Below, piece after piece: positions 12,557 through 25,483 of a stretch of DNA of 64,000 nucleotides. Below the pieces are notes generated by a model. That model was not told the origin of the DNA. It saw nothing but the letters and a program-made list of their open reading frames with translations, and did not search any database. Source of the DNA: the human T2T-CHM13v2.0 reference genome, Homo sapiens; the NCBI RefSeq assembly GCF_009914755.1, contig NC_060936.1, one strand, 5' to 3'. Position 1 is the first letter of the stretch, and each line of letters opens with the position of its first letter. The position numbers and the translations under genes were made by a program.

Positions 12557-13725
12557 CTAATGTATTCTAATTAGTGTATAATGAGCAGTGAGGTTGACCA
12601 GAGGCCGTTTTTGTCAATATCTTGATTTTGGTGAGTTTTGGCGGGCTTCTTTACCACAACCTGTTTTATCAGCAAGGGTTTTGTGACCTGTATGTTGTGC
12701 TGACCTCTATCTCATTCTGTGCCTAAGAATGCCTATTCTCCTGGGAATGCAGCCTAGTAGGTCTCAGCCTATTTTACCCAGCGTCTGTTCAAGATGGAGT
12801 CACTCTGGTTCAAATGCCTCTGACACAATCAGCTAAGAGGCTGCAAAGGTAATCTTATTCTTTTGTACAGCCAAGAAGGTACAACCATATGCATGTGTTC
12901 AAGACACGTAATTACTAGTGAGAGGGTGTTCCAGCACCATTTGCTTATAGTTCATCTTAAATTCACCAGGCGATTGGGGTGGCCATCTGTGTTAGCTCAT
13001 CAGCCTTATCTAGAGAAGAAACACACTTTTCATATCTTTTTGAATCCACTTTTGCAAAAATTATAACAGTGAGAAATTTATGGCAGTGAAAGGGAACTGA
13101 TTTAAACCAACCCCCCAATCTTGCCTTTCCCTTAATTATTCCTGGGCTTGTGGGCTGAGCTAACTTTGGAAGACATTTAGTTTATGGTTTAAATGATAAT
13201 ACCCTTCTCCCAAAACTCAACTGCTTTTGTAAAACTAATGAAAGGCCATCAGGTTAGGTGAGGAGAGGAATCTGAATTCTACTAAGGTGTAGACATAAAT
13301 GATTGCCAGTCATTCCTGCAAATAACATCAGTATTGCAGATTAGCCTTTTGAGATATCTTTTCAGGTTTTTTTAAATTTATTTCCTGACTGACACCCATG
13401 GCTCCACCTGAACCTGACCATCTGGCTTCTGGGAACCCACCCAGAAGCAATTCAGCTCAAGAGGACAGTTTCCATCCCCTGCCTCCATGATTTCATCTCT
13501 GCCCTAACCAATCAGCAGCAAGCACCCATTACCTGGCCATCCCCACCCCTTCCCCCAACCTGCTTTTGAAAAACCCCTAACAATGGGCCTTTGGGGAGAC
13601 TGATTTGAGTACTAACTCTGTCTCCTGCATATTGTAGCTGGCCTTGTGTCCGTTAAACTCTTTCTCTTCTGCAATGCCATGGTCTTTATGTGTGGAGTGG
13701 CAGAAAGAACCCATGGGCCAGTTAC

Positions 13726-15054
13726 TTTTTTTTGGAGGCGGGGACAAAGTCTCACTCTGTCACCCAGGCTGGAAAGCAATGGCGCAATCTCAGCTCACTG
13801 CAACCTCCACCTCCTGGGTTCAAGCAATTCTCATGCCTCAGCCTCCGAAGTTATCGGAGGAACCAGCCCCCAATATTTCAACGTAGGTTCTTTTCTATTT
13901 TCCCTAAGTGTTGGCTGGTCTGAGAAATAAAGAGTGCAAGAGAGAAATTTTACAGCTGGGCCTCTGGGGGTGTCATCACATATTGGTAGGACCGTGATGG
14001 CGACCTCGAGCCACAAAACCAGCAAGTTTTTATTAGGGATTTTGAAAGGGGAAGGGATGTACGAACAGGGAGTAAGTCACAAAGATCACATGCTTCAGTG
14101 GGCAATAAAAGATCACAAGGCAAGGGCAAAATTAGAATTACTGATGAGGGTCTGTGTCCTGCTGTGCACGCATTGTCTTGATGAACATCTTAACAGGAAA
14201 CAGGGTTTGAGAGCAGACAGCCGGTCTGACTAGAATCTACCAGGCTGGAATTTCTCAATCCTAGTAAGCCTGAGGGCACTGCAGGAGAGCAGGGTGTATT
14301 TCAGTCCTTTTCTCAACTGCATAAGACAGACACTCCCAGAGCGGCCATCTATAGACCTACCCCTGGGAATGCATTCCTTTCCAAGGGTATTAATTAATAA
14401 TATTGCTTTCTGGGAAAAGAATTCAGCGATATTCTCTTACTCACATGTCCATCGATAGGCTGTCTGCAAGAAGAAAAATATGGCTCTATTTTGCCCAACC
14501 CCACAGGCAGTCAGACCTTAGGGTTTTCTTTCCTCATTCCCTGAAAATCACTGTTACACTGTTCTTTTTCAGGGTACCCTGATTTCATATCATATTGTTC
14601 AAACACACATGTTTTACAAACAATTTGTACAGTTAACGCAATCATCACAGGGTCTTGAGGCGACATACATCCTCAGCTTACAAAGATGATGGGATTAAAA
14701 GATTAAAGACAGGCATAAGAAATTATAAGAGTATTGATTGGGGAAGTGATAAATGTCCATGAAATCTTCACAATTTATGTTCAGAGACTGCAGTAAAGAC
14801 AGGCATAAGAAATTATAAAAGTATTAATTTTGGGAACTGATAAATGTCCATGAGATCTTCACAATTTATGTTCTTCTATCGCAGTTTCAGCTGGTCCCTC
14901 CATTCAGAGTCCCTGACTTCCCACAACACTGAGTAGCTAGGTGTCTGCTACTGTGCCTGGCTAATTTTTGAATTTTTAGTAGAGACAGGGATTCACCATG
15001 TTGGCCAGGCTGGTCTCAAACTCCTGACCTCAGGTGATCCACCTGCCTCAGCCT
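13726..15054 (-). mobile_element. AluS split by MER11
   Basis: Pieces 13726-13851 and 14929-15054 join into a continuous Alu; flanking gg(c)cagttac duplication. Confidence 0.85.
13852..14928 (-). mobile_element. MER11 (HERV-K11/HML-8) solo LTR
   Basis: Ends ccctgacttcccacaaca (reverse complement of MER11 start TGTTGCGGGAAGTCAGGG); characteristic internal ~90-bp repeat; degraded 6-bp TSD cgaagt/ctgagt. Confidence 0.88.
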
Positions 15055-15502
15055 GGCAGTTACATTTTTGACAGGAGGCAGTTCTGCAACTGGAGGGAGA
15101 GGCCTGTGGAAGTTAGGCTCTCACCCTTCCTCAGAAGCTGGGAGAGGGGTGCTATTCTTCCTGATGATTACATTTCAAAGAGATGGGTCCCATGTCCTTG
15201 AGAAACACATTCCTAAGTCATAAAGCTGACAAATGGCCTCTTTAGTCTTTAGGAGGATTAATGTACAATTCAAAAGTTCTCTGAGAAAAAGAAGGAGAGG
15301 GCAGTCTCTTCCCTTATTTTCAACACGGAGAATTAAGCCTCTTATTTTTAATAGGTATTTGTCCTTTCAGGGACAATGGACAGGGAGCTGGGAGAATTCT
15401 CCATGTTACAAATATATCTTAAATTGTACTTGGTATTTTAACTTGAATGCAGACAGCCAAGGTAAAGCTTCACCCTATTCTAGCTGTTATGGAAAACAAT
15501 TT

Positions 15503-16024
15503 TGTTACAGGAAAGGGGTCCTGATCCAGACCCCAAGAGAGGGTTGTTGGATATCAAGCAAGAAAGAATTCATGGCGAGTCCACAGTGCAAAGTGAAAGC
15601 AAGTTTATTAAGAAAGTAAAGTGGTGAAAGGACAGCTACTCCATAGACAGAGTAGGATGTTCCCGAAAGTAAGAAGAGGAAGGCCTCCACCCTAGGTACA
15701 ATGCTTGTATATATGAGGAGATGCATTCTGCTATAAGGGTTTGTGATAAAGAATTAATTTTCTTAATTACTATATTTTGCAAGAATCAGTATTATTATCT
15801 TTAAAGCAAAATTAGGAATGCCTTTGTTATCCAGATAGCAGGATTATCTGGACACTTCCAAGTCTGGGTCTGTTTTAGTAAACATTATTAATTTGTTCTG
15901 TTAACCATAAACATCTAGAGGCTAGGAATGCCTAACTTTCTGAGAACACAGCCCAGCAAGTGCCAGCCTTATTTTCTTAGCCCTCACTCAAGATGGAGTT
16001 GCTCTGGTTCGAGCACTTCTGAAA
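15503..16024 (-). mobile_element. MER41C/D/E-type solo LTR
   Basis: MER41 termini (tgttacaggaaaggggtcc...caagatggagttgctctggttc); TSD attt. Confidence 0.8.
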
Positions 16025-16153
16025 ATTTCACATTTAAATGTTTATCAGTCGATGCTTAGCAAATATTTTTCAAGCACCAGCTGCACTCCTGGAGCTGGGG
16101 ATAAGGTGGTAGAAGAGACAAAGTGGAGGCCTCCTGGAACTCACATTCTAAAG

Positions 16154-17137
16154 CAGAGCTGTCCAATGTAAGCCACGTCTGTAAGTTTAAGGTACATACT
16201 TAAAACAAGTTAAATTAATCTCATAATATAATTTATTTAACTTACATTGTAACTGTCCAAGGCATTCACCTTGCCCACTGCCTCGACAGAGCTGATTCAT
16301 CAAGACGGGGGAATTGCAATAGAGAAAGAGTAATTCATACAAACGTGGCTATGCAGGAGACTGGAGTTTTACTATTATTCAAATCAGCCTCTTGGAGCAT
16401 TCAGGAAGCAGAGTTTCTAAGGGCAACTTGGTGAGTGGGGGGAAAGCCAGTGAACCAGTAATTCTGGTTGGTCAGGGATGAAATCATAGGGATTTGAAGC
16501 TGTCTTCTTGTACGGAGTCAGTTCCTGGGTGGGGGTCTCAAGATCATATGAGCCAGTTTATCCATCTGGGTGGTGCCAGTTGATCCATCAAGGGCAGTCT
16601 GCAAAATGTCTCAAGCACTGATCTTAGGAGCAGTTTAGGGAAGGTCAGAATCTTGTGTCCTCCAGTTGCATGACTGCTAAACCATAATTTCTAATCTTAT
16701 GGCTAATATTAGTCCTACAAAGGCAATCTACTCCTCAGGCAAGAAGGAGGTCTGCTTTGGAAAGGGGCTGTTATCGTCTTTGTTTTAAACTATAAACTAC
16801 AAACTAAGTTTCTTCCAAAGTTAGTTCAGTGTACACCCAGGAATGAACAAGGACAACTTGGAGGTTAGAAGCAAGATGGAGTCAATTAACTTAGATCTCT
16901 TTCACTGTGGCAGTCATAATTTTGCAAAGGCGGTTTCAATATATCTAAAATATTTTCATTTAAACATGTAATTATATAAATTATTAATAATATATTTTAA
17001 TTTTTTCTTTTTCATAGTAAACTTGGAAAGGTGGTGTGTGTATTTTATACATACAGCAACTCCCAATTTGGACTAGACCCATTTGAAGTGCTCGATAGCC
17101 CCATGTGGTTTATGGTGACCATGTTATACAATGATGA
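16154..17137 (+). mobile_element. MER33 (hAT-Charlie), split by LTR8
   Basis: cagagctgtccaat start; caatttggactag..tttgaagtgctcgatagccccatgtgg end. Confidence 0.75.
16248..16938 (-). mobile_element. LTR8 solo LTR
   Basis: Termini tgtaactgtccaagg...tttgcaaaggcggtttca match reverse complement of LTR8. Confidence 0.88.
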
Positions 17138-17298
17138 TCTAGATGTGAGGCAGAGTACAAACCAGAAAACAAAGAAATATTTGATTAGATTTCAGATGGT
17201 GGCATATGTAGCACTTGTTGTTGAGGGATAGTGTCTGAGAAGGGAATTCTCTTTAAGACAGGCTACTGCAGAGACACTCTAAGAAGAAGTAATATTTT

Positions 17299-17600
17299 GG
17301 CCGGGTGTGATGACTCACTCCTGTAATACCAGCACTTTGGGAGGCCGAGGTGGGCAGATCACAAGGTCAAGAGATCGAGACCATCCTGGCCATCCAACAT
17401 GGTAAAACCTTGTCTCTACTAAAAATACAAAAATTAGCTGGGTGTAGTGGCACATGCCTGTAGTCCCAGCTAATCCGGAGGCTGAAGCACAAGAATCGCT
17501 TGAACCCAGGAGGTGGAAGTTGCAGTGAGCTGAGATCGTGTCAATGAACTCCAGTCTGGGCAACAGAGTGAGACTCTGTCTCAAAAAAAAAAAAAAAAAG
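17299..17600 (+). mobile_element. AluSc
   Basis: gatcacaaggtcaagagatcgagaccatcc; TSD like aagaag..aatatttt. Confidence 0.9.
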
Positions 17601-17794
17601 AAGAAGCAGCAATATTTTGACATAGCTGCAAGTGAAATGGGAGAGTCACCAGCTCCGGAGACCTGTGCCTTACAGGCCAAATATCTTCCCCACCTGATGT
17701 GAGCTGTTAGAGGTCTCAATAAACAGATGGAGCTCTTCCCCAGTGCCTTGACACTCAGATTCTGCAACCATGGCAAAAATCTTTCATTGGGGTT

Positions 17795-18712
17795 TTCTTA
17801 GTTTGTTTGGACTGCAGTAACAAAATATCCAAACTGAGTAGCTTATAAAGAGAAACATTTACTATATTTTTTCTGGTTCTGGAGGCTGGGAAGTCCAAGA
17901 TCAAGGCACTGGCAGATTCAGTGTCTGGTGAGGGCCTATTCCTTACAGGTGGCAACTTCTCAATGGGTCCTCATGAGGTAGATAGGGAACGCAGGGCAAG
18001 GAACCCTCCCCACTTTTTTTGCATGCTGTGCTGACTACAGCTGCACCCAGATCCATAGCTGTCAGCCACTGACACTCCCTCTCGTAAAATCAGTTAATCA
18101 GACTTAAAAGAAATAGAGCACTTTAACCACAAACATCTTGGCCATCAGCATAGGGACTTTCCAATAGACCCTCCCCAAATACACATGTGCTGTAGGGTTT
18201 TAGCTTGCCCTACCCTAACCTTTGCATCATTTTAATAATAAAAATTATACCCCTGGGTGGATATTTCAGATGCTAATAAGAGATGGGGTGTATGAAGAAG
18301 CATGAAGACAGACTGCACAGGTGCAGCCAAGGGGCCACCTCAAATATTTGATGATGTTACCTGGATGAGGCCCAAAGAAGAATAAAAACTGAGACTAGCT
18401 TGCTTTCAGTGAGCCAGCTGCAGGTTTTCCTCCTTTGCTGTTTTTCTTTCTGCTGAAGTTGAAAATCCCAATAAACTGCCTTTCTCAAGCTCTTATTAGA
18501 TTCTTGGTCAGTTTAGTTTCTGAGGCTCAAGAAGCCACTGGCCATTCATGGTGGAAGACACAAGCAAGCTCTTTAGGGGCTCTTTAATAAGGGAACTGAT
18601 TCCATTCATGAGAATTTTGTGACCTAATCACCTTCTAAACTCTCCATTATTGCATTGGTGATTAGGTTTCAACATACAAATTTCTCAGAACACAAAATTT
18701 CAGACCATAGCA
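17795..18712 (-). mobile_element. MLT1A-type MaLR LTR, split by another LTR
   Basis: ggaggctgggaagtccaagatcaagg...ttcagaccatagca. Confidence 0.75.
17990..18560 (+). mobile_element. LTR47-like ERVL LTR (tentative)
   Basis: cccctgggtggatatttcagatgctaat..gtatgaagaagcatg and aataaa near 3' end; interrupts MLT1A. Confidence 0.4.
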
Positions 18713-18751
18713 TGGGTGGACTCCCCCTAAAAAGTCAGAAGTTAAAATTCC

Positions 18752-19139
18752 TGGTATGGTTTGGCTGTGTTCCCACTCCAATCTGATCTTAAATTGTAGT
18801 TCCCCTAATCCCCATGTGTTGAAGGAGGGACCCAGTGGGAGGTAATTTAATTGTAGGGGCAGTTACCTTCATGCTGTTCTTCTGATATTGAGTGAGTTCT
18901 CACGAGATCTGACGGCTTTATAAAGGCTTTTCCCTCTTTTTGCTTGACACTTCTCCTTGCTGCCACCACGTGAAGAAGGATGTGTTTGCTTCCCTTTCTG
19001 CCATGATTGTAAGTTTCCTTGAGGCCTCTCCAGCCATGCTGATCTGTGAGTCAATTGTACCTATTTCTTTTATAAATTATTACAAATTACCCAGCCTCTG
19101 GGTATGTCTTTATTAGCAGCTTGAGAACGGACTAATACA
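18752..19139 (+). mobile_element. THE1 solo LTR
   Basis: tggtatggtttggctgtg...ggactaataca; TSD attcc. Confidence 0.9.
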
Positions 19140-19159
19140 ATTCCCAACATGTGAAGCAA

Positions 19160-19760
19160 TGACATGAGGTCCCATCTACTACTGGTAGAAACATAAATTG
19201 GTACAACTTCTTAAGAAATCAGCTTGGAATTGCCATGCATAGTTGAAAATGTGCATATATCATGACTCAGTATTTTCATTTGTAGGTATATAACCTAGAG
19301 TAATACTTGCACATGTAGAAGAGGAAGCATGCATAGGGAAGTTTACAGCAGCCTAATGCTGGAAAGAGTGTTAGTGACTACGGAGGAAGAATAAGTAAGT
19401 GTAAATAAGAGTCAATGAAAGAATGAACTAAGAAGTGTAAATAAGAATTCAGCAGTAAATAGGAATGAACTAGAGCTACACTTATCAACATAGGTAAAGC
19501 AAAATAAAACAAGCAGAGCAGGATAACTAATCAAGAACAAAATGGTTCATTTATATATCAGACAAACTAAATATACATGTATACACATATGCGTATGTAT
19601 CCCATAGGAGATAAGTAATAGGAAATAAAGGAAGTTTTAAAATAATGAATGAAAATGGTTACTGCTGGGAGGGAGATGAAGATGCAGTCTGTGACGAATA
19701 CGTAGCAGTCATCTACCTAGTCATGCTCTAGTTGTAACTTGATGGTGGGGGTCAATGTGA
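19160..19760 (+). mobile_element. Ancient L1ME-type 3' fragment
   Basis: actggtagaaacataaattggtacaac..gttgaaaatgtgcata..catgactcag..taggtatataacctagag. Confidence 0.45.
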
Positions 19761-21132
19761 GGAATTCATGACTATTTGCTGCTCTTGGAATAAATGATAT
19801 ATTTTTTCAGTTCAGAAAATCTCACCAACCCAACCAGGAGAGGGATTTTGAATTTTAGCAATGAAAAAAATATAGTTCTTCATCCTGACCATTTGAGAAA
19901 GTGTGATCAGTGATTCCTACCTGCTACATGAAAATGTGCAAAACAACAACAAAAAGAAAATAAAACAACAAACAAAACCATCACTCGATCCCTAGTGTTT
20001 AGTCCTATGTTCAGAATTTATCCTGTCCTGGAGTGGCGGTCTAATTTTACTGTGAGTCTGATGCCTTCTGGACCTCTGGGTTCATCTTGACACTCACTCT
20101 GTCAGTATCCTGGTGGGTTAGTCTCAGAGAAAAACTGAGGGTCTAGGATACATGATTTAGAGATGTGCTGAATATCCAGGTTGGGGTGGGAGGGAGAGGT
20201 TCTTGGGGTGTTGGGTGGGACAGGATGAAGTGAAGCAAGAAGTGCACAGAGGCAGCAAGGCAGCAGGTCAGAGGGGAGGGACGGAGGCTGAGAGAGTGTT
20301 TAGTAGCTGTCCCAAGTGGGAAAGATGGGAGAGAAGGAGAGAGACTGAATAAATATTGTACGTTTTATCCTGTCATATAAACTTTTACACACGCACATGC
20401 ACACACACACGTACACACACACAAACTACACAAACTGCATTGCTTTCTAAGGCTTTGCTGAGTGGATCTCTGTCTCTTTGCGACTCTGCTTTAAGGCTGG
20501 CTTAAAACTTACACAGTGGCTGCCTCATGTTGATGGAATTGTTCCTTTTCCCAGAGGAATCTAAGGCACACAGTGGACCTTCTGAATGCCGGGAAAAGCC
20601 AACTATCAATTGATAAAGGTGTACCTAGTGCCAGGCGCTGCGAAATGGTTGCTTTTAGTTCCTGCTCTCAAGAAACATTTGAAGTGAGTATGACTGGTAC
20701 CCCATTTTGCAGATGAGGACACAAGAGATTAAGTAACTTGTCGCAGTTGCACAGGTGGCACATGAGACAGCCAGGGCTTGTCTCCAGACCTTGTATTTTA
20801 TCCTTGCTACCAAGCTGCCCCATGAGCCCTCAAAGAGTTGACGTGAGCTCCCTGGCTCAGGGGGAGGCCATGGAGCCCTGGATGGGGCACACCATGAGTG
20901 TGTGCCAGGAACAAAACAGATATGCTATGGTCAGCCTCTTGGCACTGTCACTCAGTGCCACTGTCTCTGGCAGCAATTCCACTAATATTAATAGTTCCAG
21001 GAATTCCTGTGACCAGAGTCTGTTTGTGAAGAAGGAAGTCAGCATGATTACCAAGATGAGCTTAATCACTCAGGCCTTATGACTGTGTACACTTTAGTCT
21101 TCCGTAGGTGATAAAATTGAAGCCTGGGGTGA

Positions 21133-21809
<677 letters not shown>

Positions 21810-21879
21810 GATGGTCACTGACTTGAATGTCCAGAAGGTGTTTCGAGTGACTTCAGCTCCCTGGGTGGAGGGAGGAGAG

Positions 21880-22068
21880 AGTAAAGAGGTTAGGTCACTG
21901 ACTTCTGCAGTAGCAAGATCTGAGTGGGATTCCAGGCTCTGCCACTTACAGGCATTGTGGCCTTGGGCAATGACTTCATTTCCCTGAATTTTCATTTCCT
22001 GGTCTGCAAAATGAAGGTAATATGAATTCCTGCCACAGAAGGCTATTGTAAACGTTAAATGAAATAAA
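21880..22068 (+). mobile_element. MIR
   Basis: ccaggctctgccacttac..tgtggccttgggcaa..tttcctggtctgcaaaatg. Confidence 0.7.
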
Positions 22069-22382
22069 CGGGACTGTTGGCCAGAGGGACTCCAAAGGCC
22101 ACAAGTGAGTCACTATGCTAGACCCATCATCATCCTTAGCTGGGAGAAGCAGCGCTTAGTAAGTTTCTGAAATCACTGTGTGCATTCTGCTGCAACTACC
22201 TCAATGCATCATAATAATTTATAATTTTCATGCTCATTATGTAATATTTGATACATCCAAAGGAATACATGTAAAGTATTTTAGTTTGAAAATGTATGAA
22301 AAGTAGCATGGGGCTTTTGTTTGTCTTTCTTTCACTCTGGGTCCTGGGCTGAGGGATGAACCATCATGGGGGACATGGCTGG

Positions 22383-22755
22383 TGATATGGTTTGGCTGTG
22401 ACCCCACCCAAATCTCATCTTGAATTGTAGCTCCCGTAATTCCCAAGTGTTGTGGGAGGGACCCAGTGGGAGATAATTAACCTATGGGGGCGGTTTCCCC
22501 CATACTGTGTCGTGGTCATGAATAAGTCTCACAAGATCTGATAGTTTTATAAGGGGAAACCCTTTTCACTTGGTCTTCGTTCTCTCTCTTTGCCTGCTGC
22601 CATGTGAGAAGTCCCTTTGCTCTTCCTTCGTCTTTCGCCATGATTGTGAGGCCTCCCCAGCCATGTGGACCCGAGAGTGAATTAAACCTCTTTCCTTTAT
22701 AAATGACCCAGTCTTGGGTATGTCTTTATCAGCAGTGTGAAGATGGACTAATACA
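22383..22755 (+). mobile_element. THE1 solo LTR
   Basis: tgatatggtttggctgtg...ggactaataca. Confidence 0.9.
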
Positions 22756-22905
22756 GCCAGTCATTGTGACAAGGTAGAAGAGGGAACGTGGTGGAGCACT
22801 GCCTGTCTGTAAATGCTCCCTCCCACAGGTGAGATGCTGCTTGTGCTCGCATTTCACAGGCTATATAGCAAATCATATGACCACACTTACCTTCAGGCTG
22901 GTGGG

Positions 22906-23319
22906 TGTCTTAGCTTAGGCTGCTATAACAAAATACCATATAGTGGATGGTTATTCATTTTGTGTTACTTTGTTATATTAGCCTTAAAGAACTAAGACAT
23001 TTATGTCTCACAGTTCTGGGGGCTGAGAAGTCTAAGATCAAGGTTCCGCTGATTCAGTTCCAGGTGTGGGCCTGCTTCCTGGCATGCAGATGTATGCCTT
23101 CGCACTGTGTCCTCACATGGTGGAGAGACAGTGAGAGAAGGAGCAAGCTCTCTGGTGCCTCTTCTTATAAGGGCACTAATGCCATTAAAAGGGTTCCACC
23201 CTCATGAATGTTTATGAACATAAGTACCTCCATAAAGGCCCTGTCTCCAAATACCATCACACTGGGGTTAAGTCACCAATATATGAATTTTGGGGAATAC
23301 AAAGATTCAGTCCATGACA
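22906..23319 (-). mobile_element. MLT1A-type MaLR LTR carrying a 49-bp insertion
   Basis: tgtcttag..gctgctataacaaaatacca...attcagtccatgaca; near-TSD gtggg/atggg. Confidence 0.82.
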
Positions 23320-24250
23320 ATGGGCTTAGGCTCAGAAGACAAAATATGTGTGAAATGTCTTGGTGACTGTCATACTTGTTTAAATGGTCTATCCACCAAG
23401 GATGGTCAGTTGCTCCCCAGAGAAGACTCTCCGTATCTGACTCTTCCCCTGTCCTGGCAGGTGAGACTGTTACCAATGATGACTGATTGCTCACAATGGA
23501 GGGGCTGCAGTGAGAAACTGGAGCAAGAGGGGGCATTTCCAGGGTTGATTCTCAGGGTCCCTGGACCCTGCCACCCATGTAGCTGCAGTTTGTGATCACC
23601 TATGACCACACCAACCCTATATTCAATAGAAGACACTGAAAATAGCCTCCCACAAATAATAGTCCACAAAGCCAGCAGCTGTAAGGTCAGCAAAAGAGGC
23701 TGCTATGGAACTTGGGATGGAGAAAGGAATCCAGGCCCTCATGTTGGCAAATGATGGACAAAGTTTGGGGACTGTCACTGTGGAGCATGAGATACTAATT
23801 AGGGAGAGCATCTGGCATCTGTGCATTACAGAGACAAACCTTTGAGCTGCATTTGATGAGGAAAGAAAGGAAATGCTCCATCAGCGAAATAGAGCCATTG
23901 CTCATGAAGTGAGTGCAAATGTGATATTATCCCCTTTCATCATCATCCGATGCCTTGCTAATCAGTAATAAAAAAGATTCTGATAAATTAGGCCTGATGT
24001 TCTGCTCTAAAATTAAGTGGGAAGAAAAATAAATTGGGAATGTGTTAATTTTGTCTGTGGCACCTTAGGAATAAGAATATGTCCTATTGCATCCAAATCC
24101 TGAATATCCTGTCATGCCACTTGTGTTGCATGAAAAGTGTCCTAGCACAGGTCTATACTGTGGCTGACATGCAGACGGCCAATTGAAAGTGCCAGTTACA
24201 TTTCTGCATAGTCAGATATCACTGGGTCAAGAAATTTTATTTGCTATTGA

Positions 24251-24563
<313 letters not shown>

Positions 24564-25000
24564 TGAAGGCATCATAATTATAAAAGCCTATTGCTTATTA
24601 TAGGAATAAAAAAGACACTAAAGAAAAACAAAAGGAAGAAAAGAAATATTACCTCTACTCCCAATAGAAATAACCATGATTAGTATTTTGATTTATTTAC
24701 TGTTAGTGCTTAGTTTAGGCATAAAAGAAAGAAAGAAATACATATATTCATAAATAATGTTCATGAACTTTTAGAAATGGATTTTATTTTTCTGAGGTTT
24801 TAATAATTAGACTCATTCTGCTTTTCAAACTTGGCATATTTTAAGCATCTCCCCATGTTATTAAATATTTTTAGAAAACACGAGGTTTTAAAATTATCTC
24901 AATAACTTTAAAAATGCAACTTGCTCTTCTTCTCTTTTGTATATTTTAATAGTTGGTTTTTGGCATATGTACCACTAATCCCAGAATTATTACACTTAGG

Positions 25001-25300
25001 ATTATCCTTAGCAAACTATTTCAGGAACAGAAAACCAAATACTGTCTGTTCTCACTTGTAAGTGGGAGCTGAATGATGGGAACACATGGACACATAGAGG
25101 AGAACAACACACACTGGGGTCTTTCAGAGGGTGGAGGGTGGGAGGAGGGAGAGGATCAGGAAAAATAACTAATGGGTACTAGTCTTAACACCTGGGTGAT
25201 GAAATAATCTGTACAACAAACACCCATGATACAAGTTTACCAGTGTAACAAACCTACACATGTACCCCTGAATTTAGAATAAAAGTTAAAAAAAATAAAA
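25001..25300 (+). mobile_element. L1PA13-like 3' end fragment
   Basis: gagaggatcaggaaaaataactaatgggtact...aataaaagttaaaaaa. Confidence 0.85.
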
Positions 25301-25483
25301 ATTTACAGATCGCCAGGTTGGGTAGAACCTTAGAAGTGGCTTTGATAGATCTCTATTCAACACACCCTCTACAAAAGGGTTAGAAAGAGTTGGGTTCAAA
25401 AACTTAATAACAGTAACAGCAATAATAGTTGTATTTGAGCCCATAATGTATACAGGCTTTGTTCTGAGTTATTTGCATGTATT

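Larger units (their letters stand above)
11321..12825 (-). mobile_element. MER41B solo LTR (contains an AluJ and a MER41A)
   Basis: Termini tgttacc...gcctctgaca (reverse complement of MER41 TGTCAGAGGC start); keeps the GAS-containing segment ttttccaggaaaggagtgggcaattcccc. Confidence 0.85.
13041..15064 (+). mobile_element. MER50/LTR8-group ERV1 LTR with an Alu+MER11 inserted at its 3' end
   Basis: Starts tgaatccacttttgcaaaaattataacagtgag; body to 13725; terminal ggcagttaca 15055-15064; tttt on both flanks. Confidence 0.7.
11151..15369 (-). mobile_element. Old ERV1 LTR (MER31/MER67 group, tentative), in three pieces separated by nested insertions
   Basis: Pieces ~11151-11320, 12826-13040 and 15065-15369; end ttcccttattttcaacacggagaattaagcctcttattttta resembles the MER67-group terminus. 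Confidence 0.5.

Noticed and set aside
12310-12825. ~250-bp near-tandem duplication
   Set aside because: Homologous ends of a MER41A nested within MER41B, not a local duplication
14705-14875. ~90-bp direct repeat
   Set aside because: Intrinsic to the MER11 consensus
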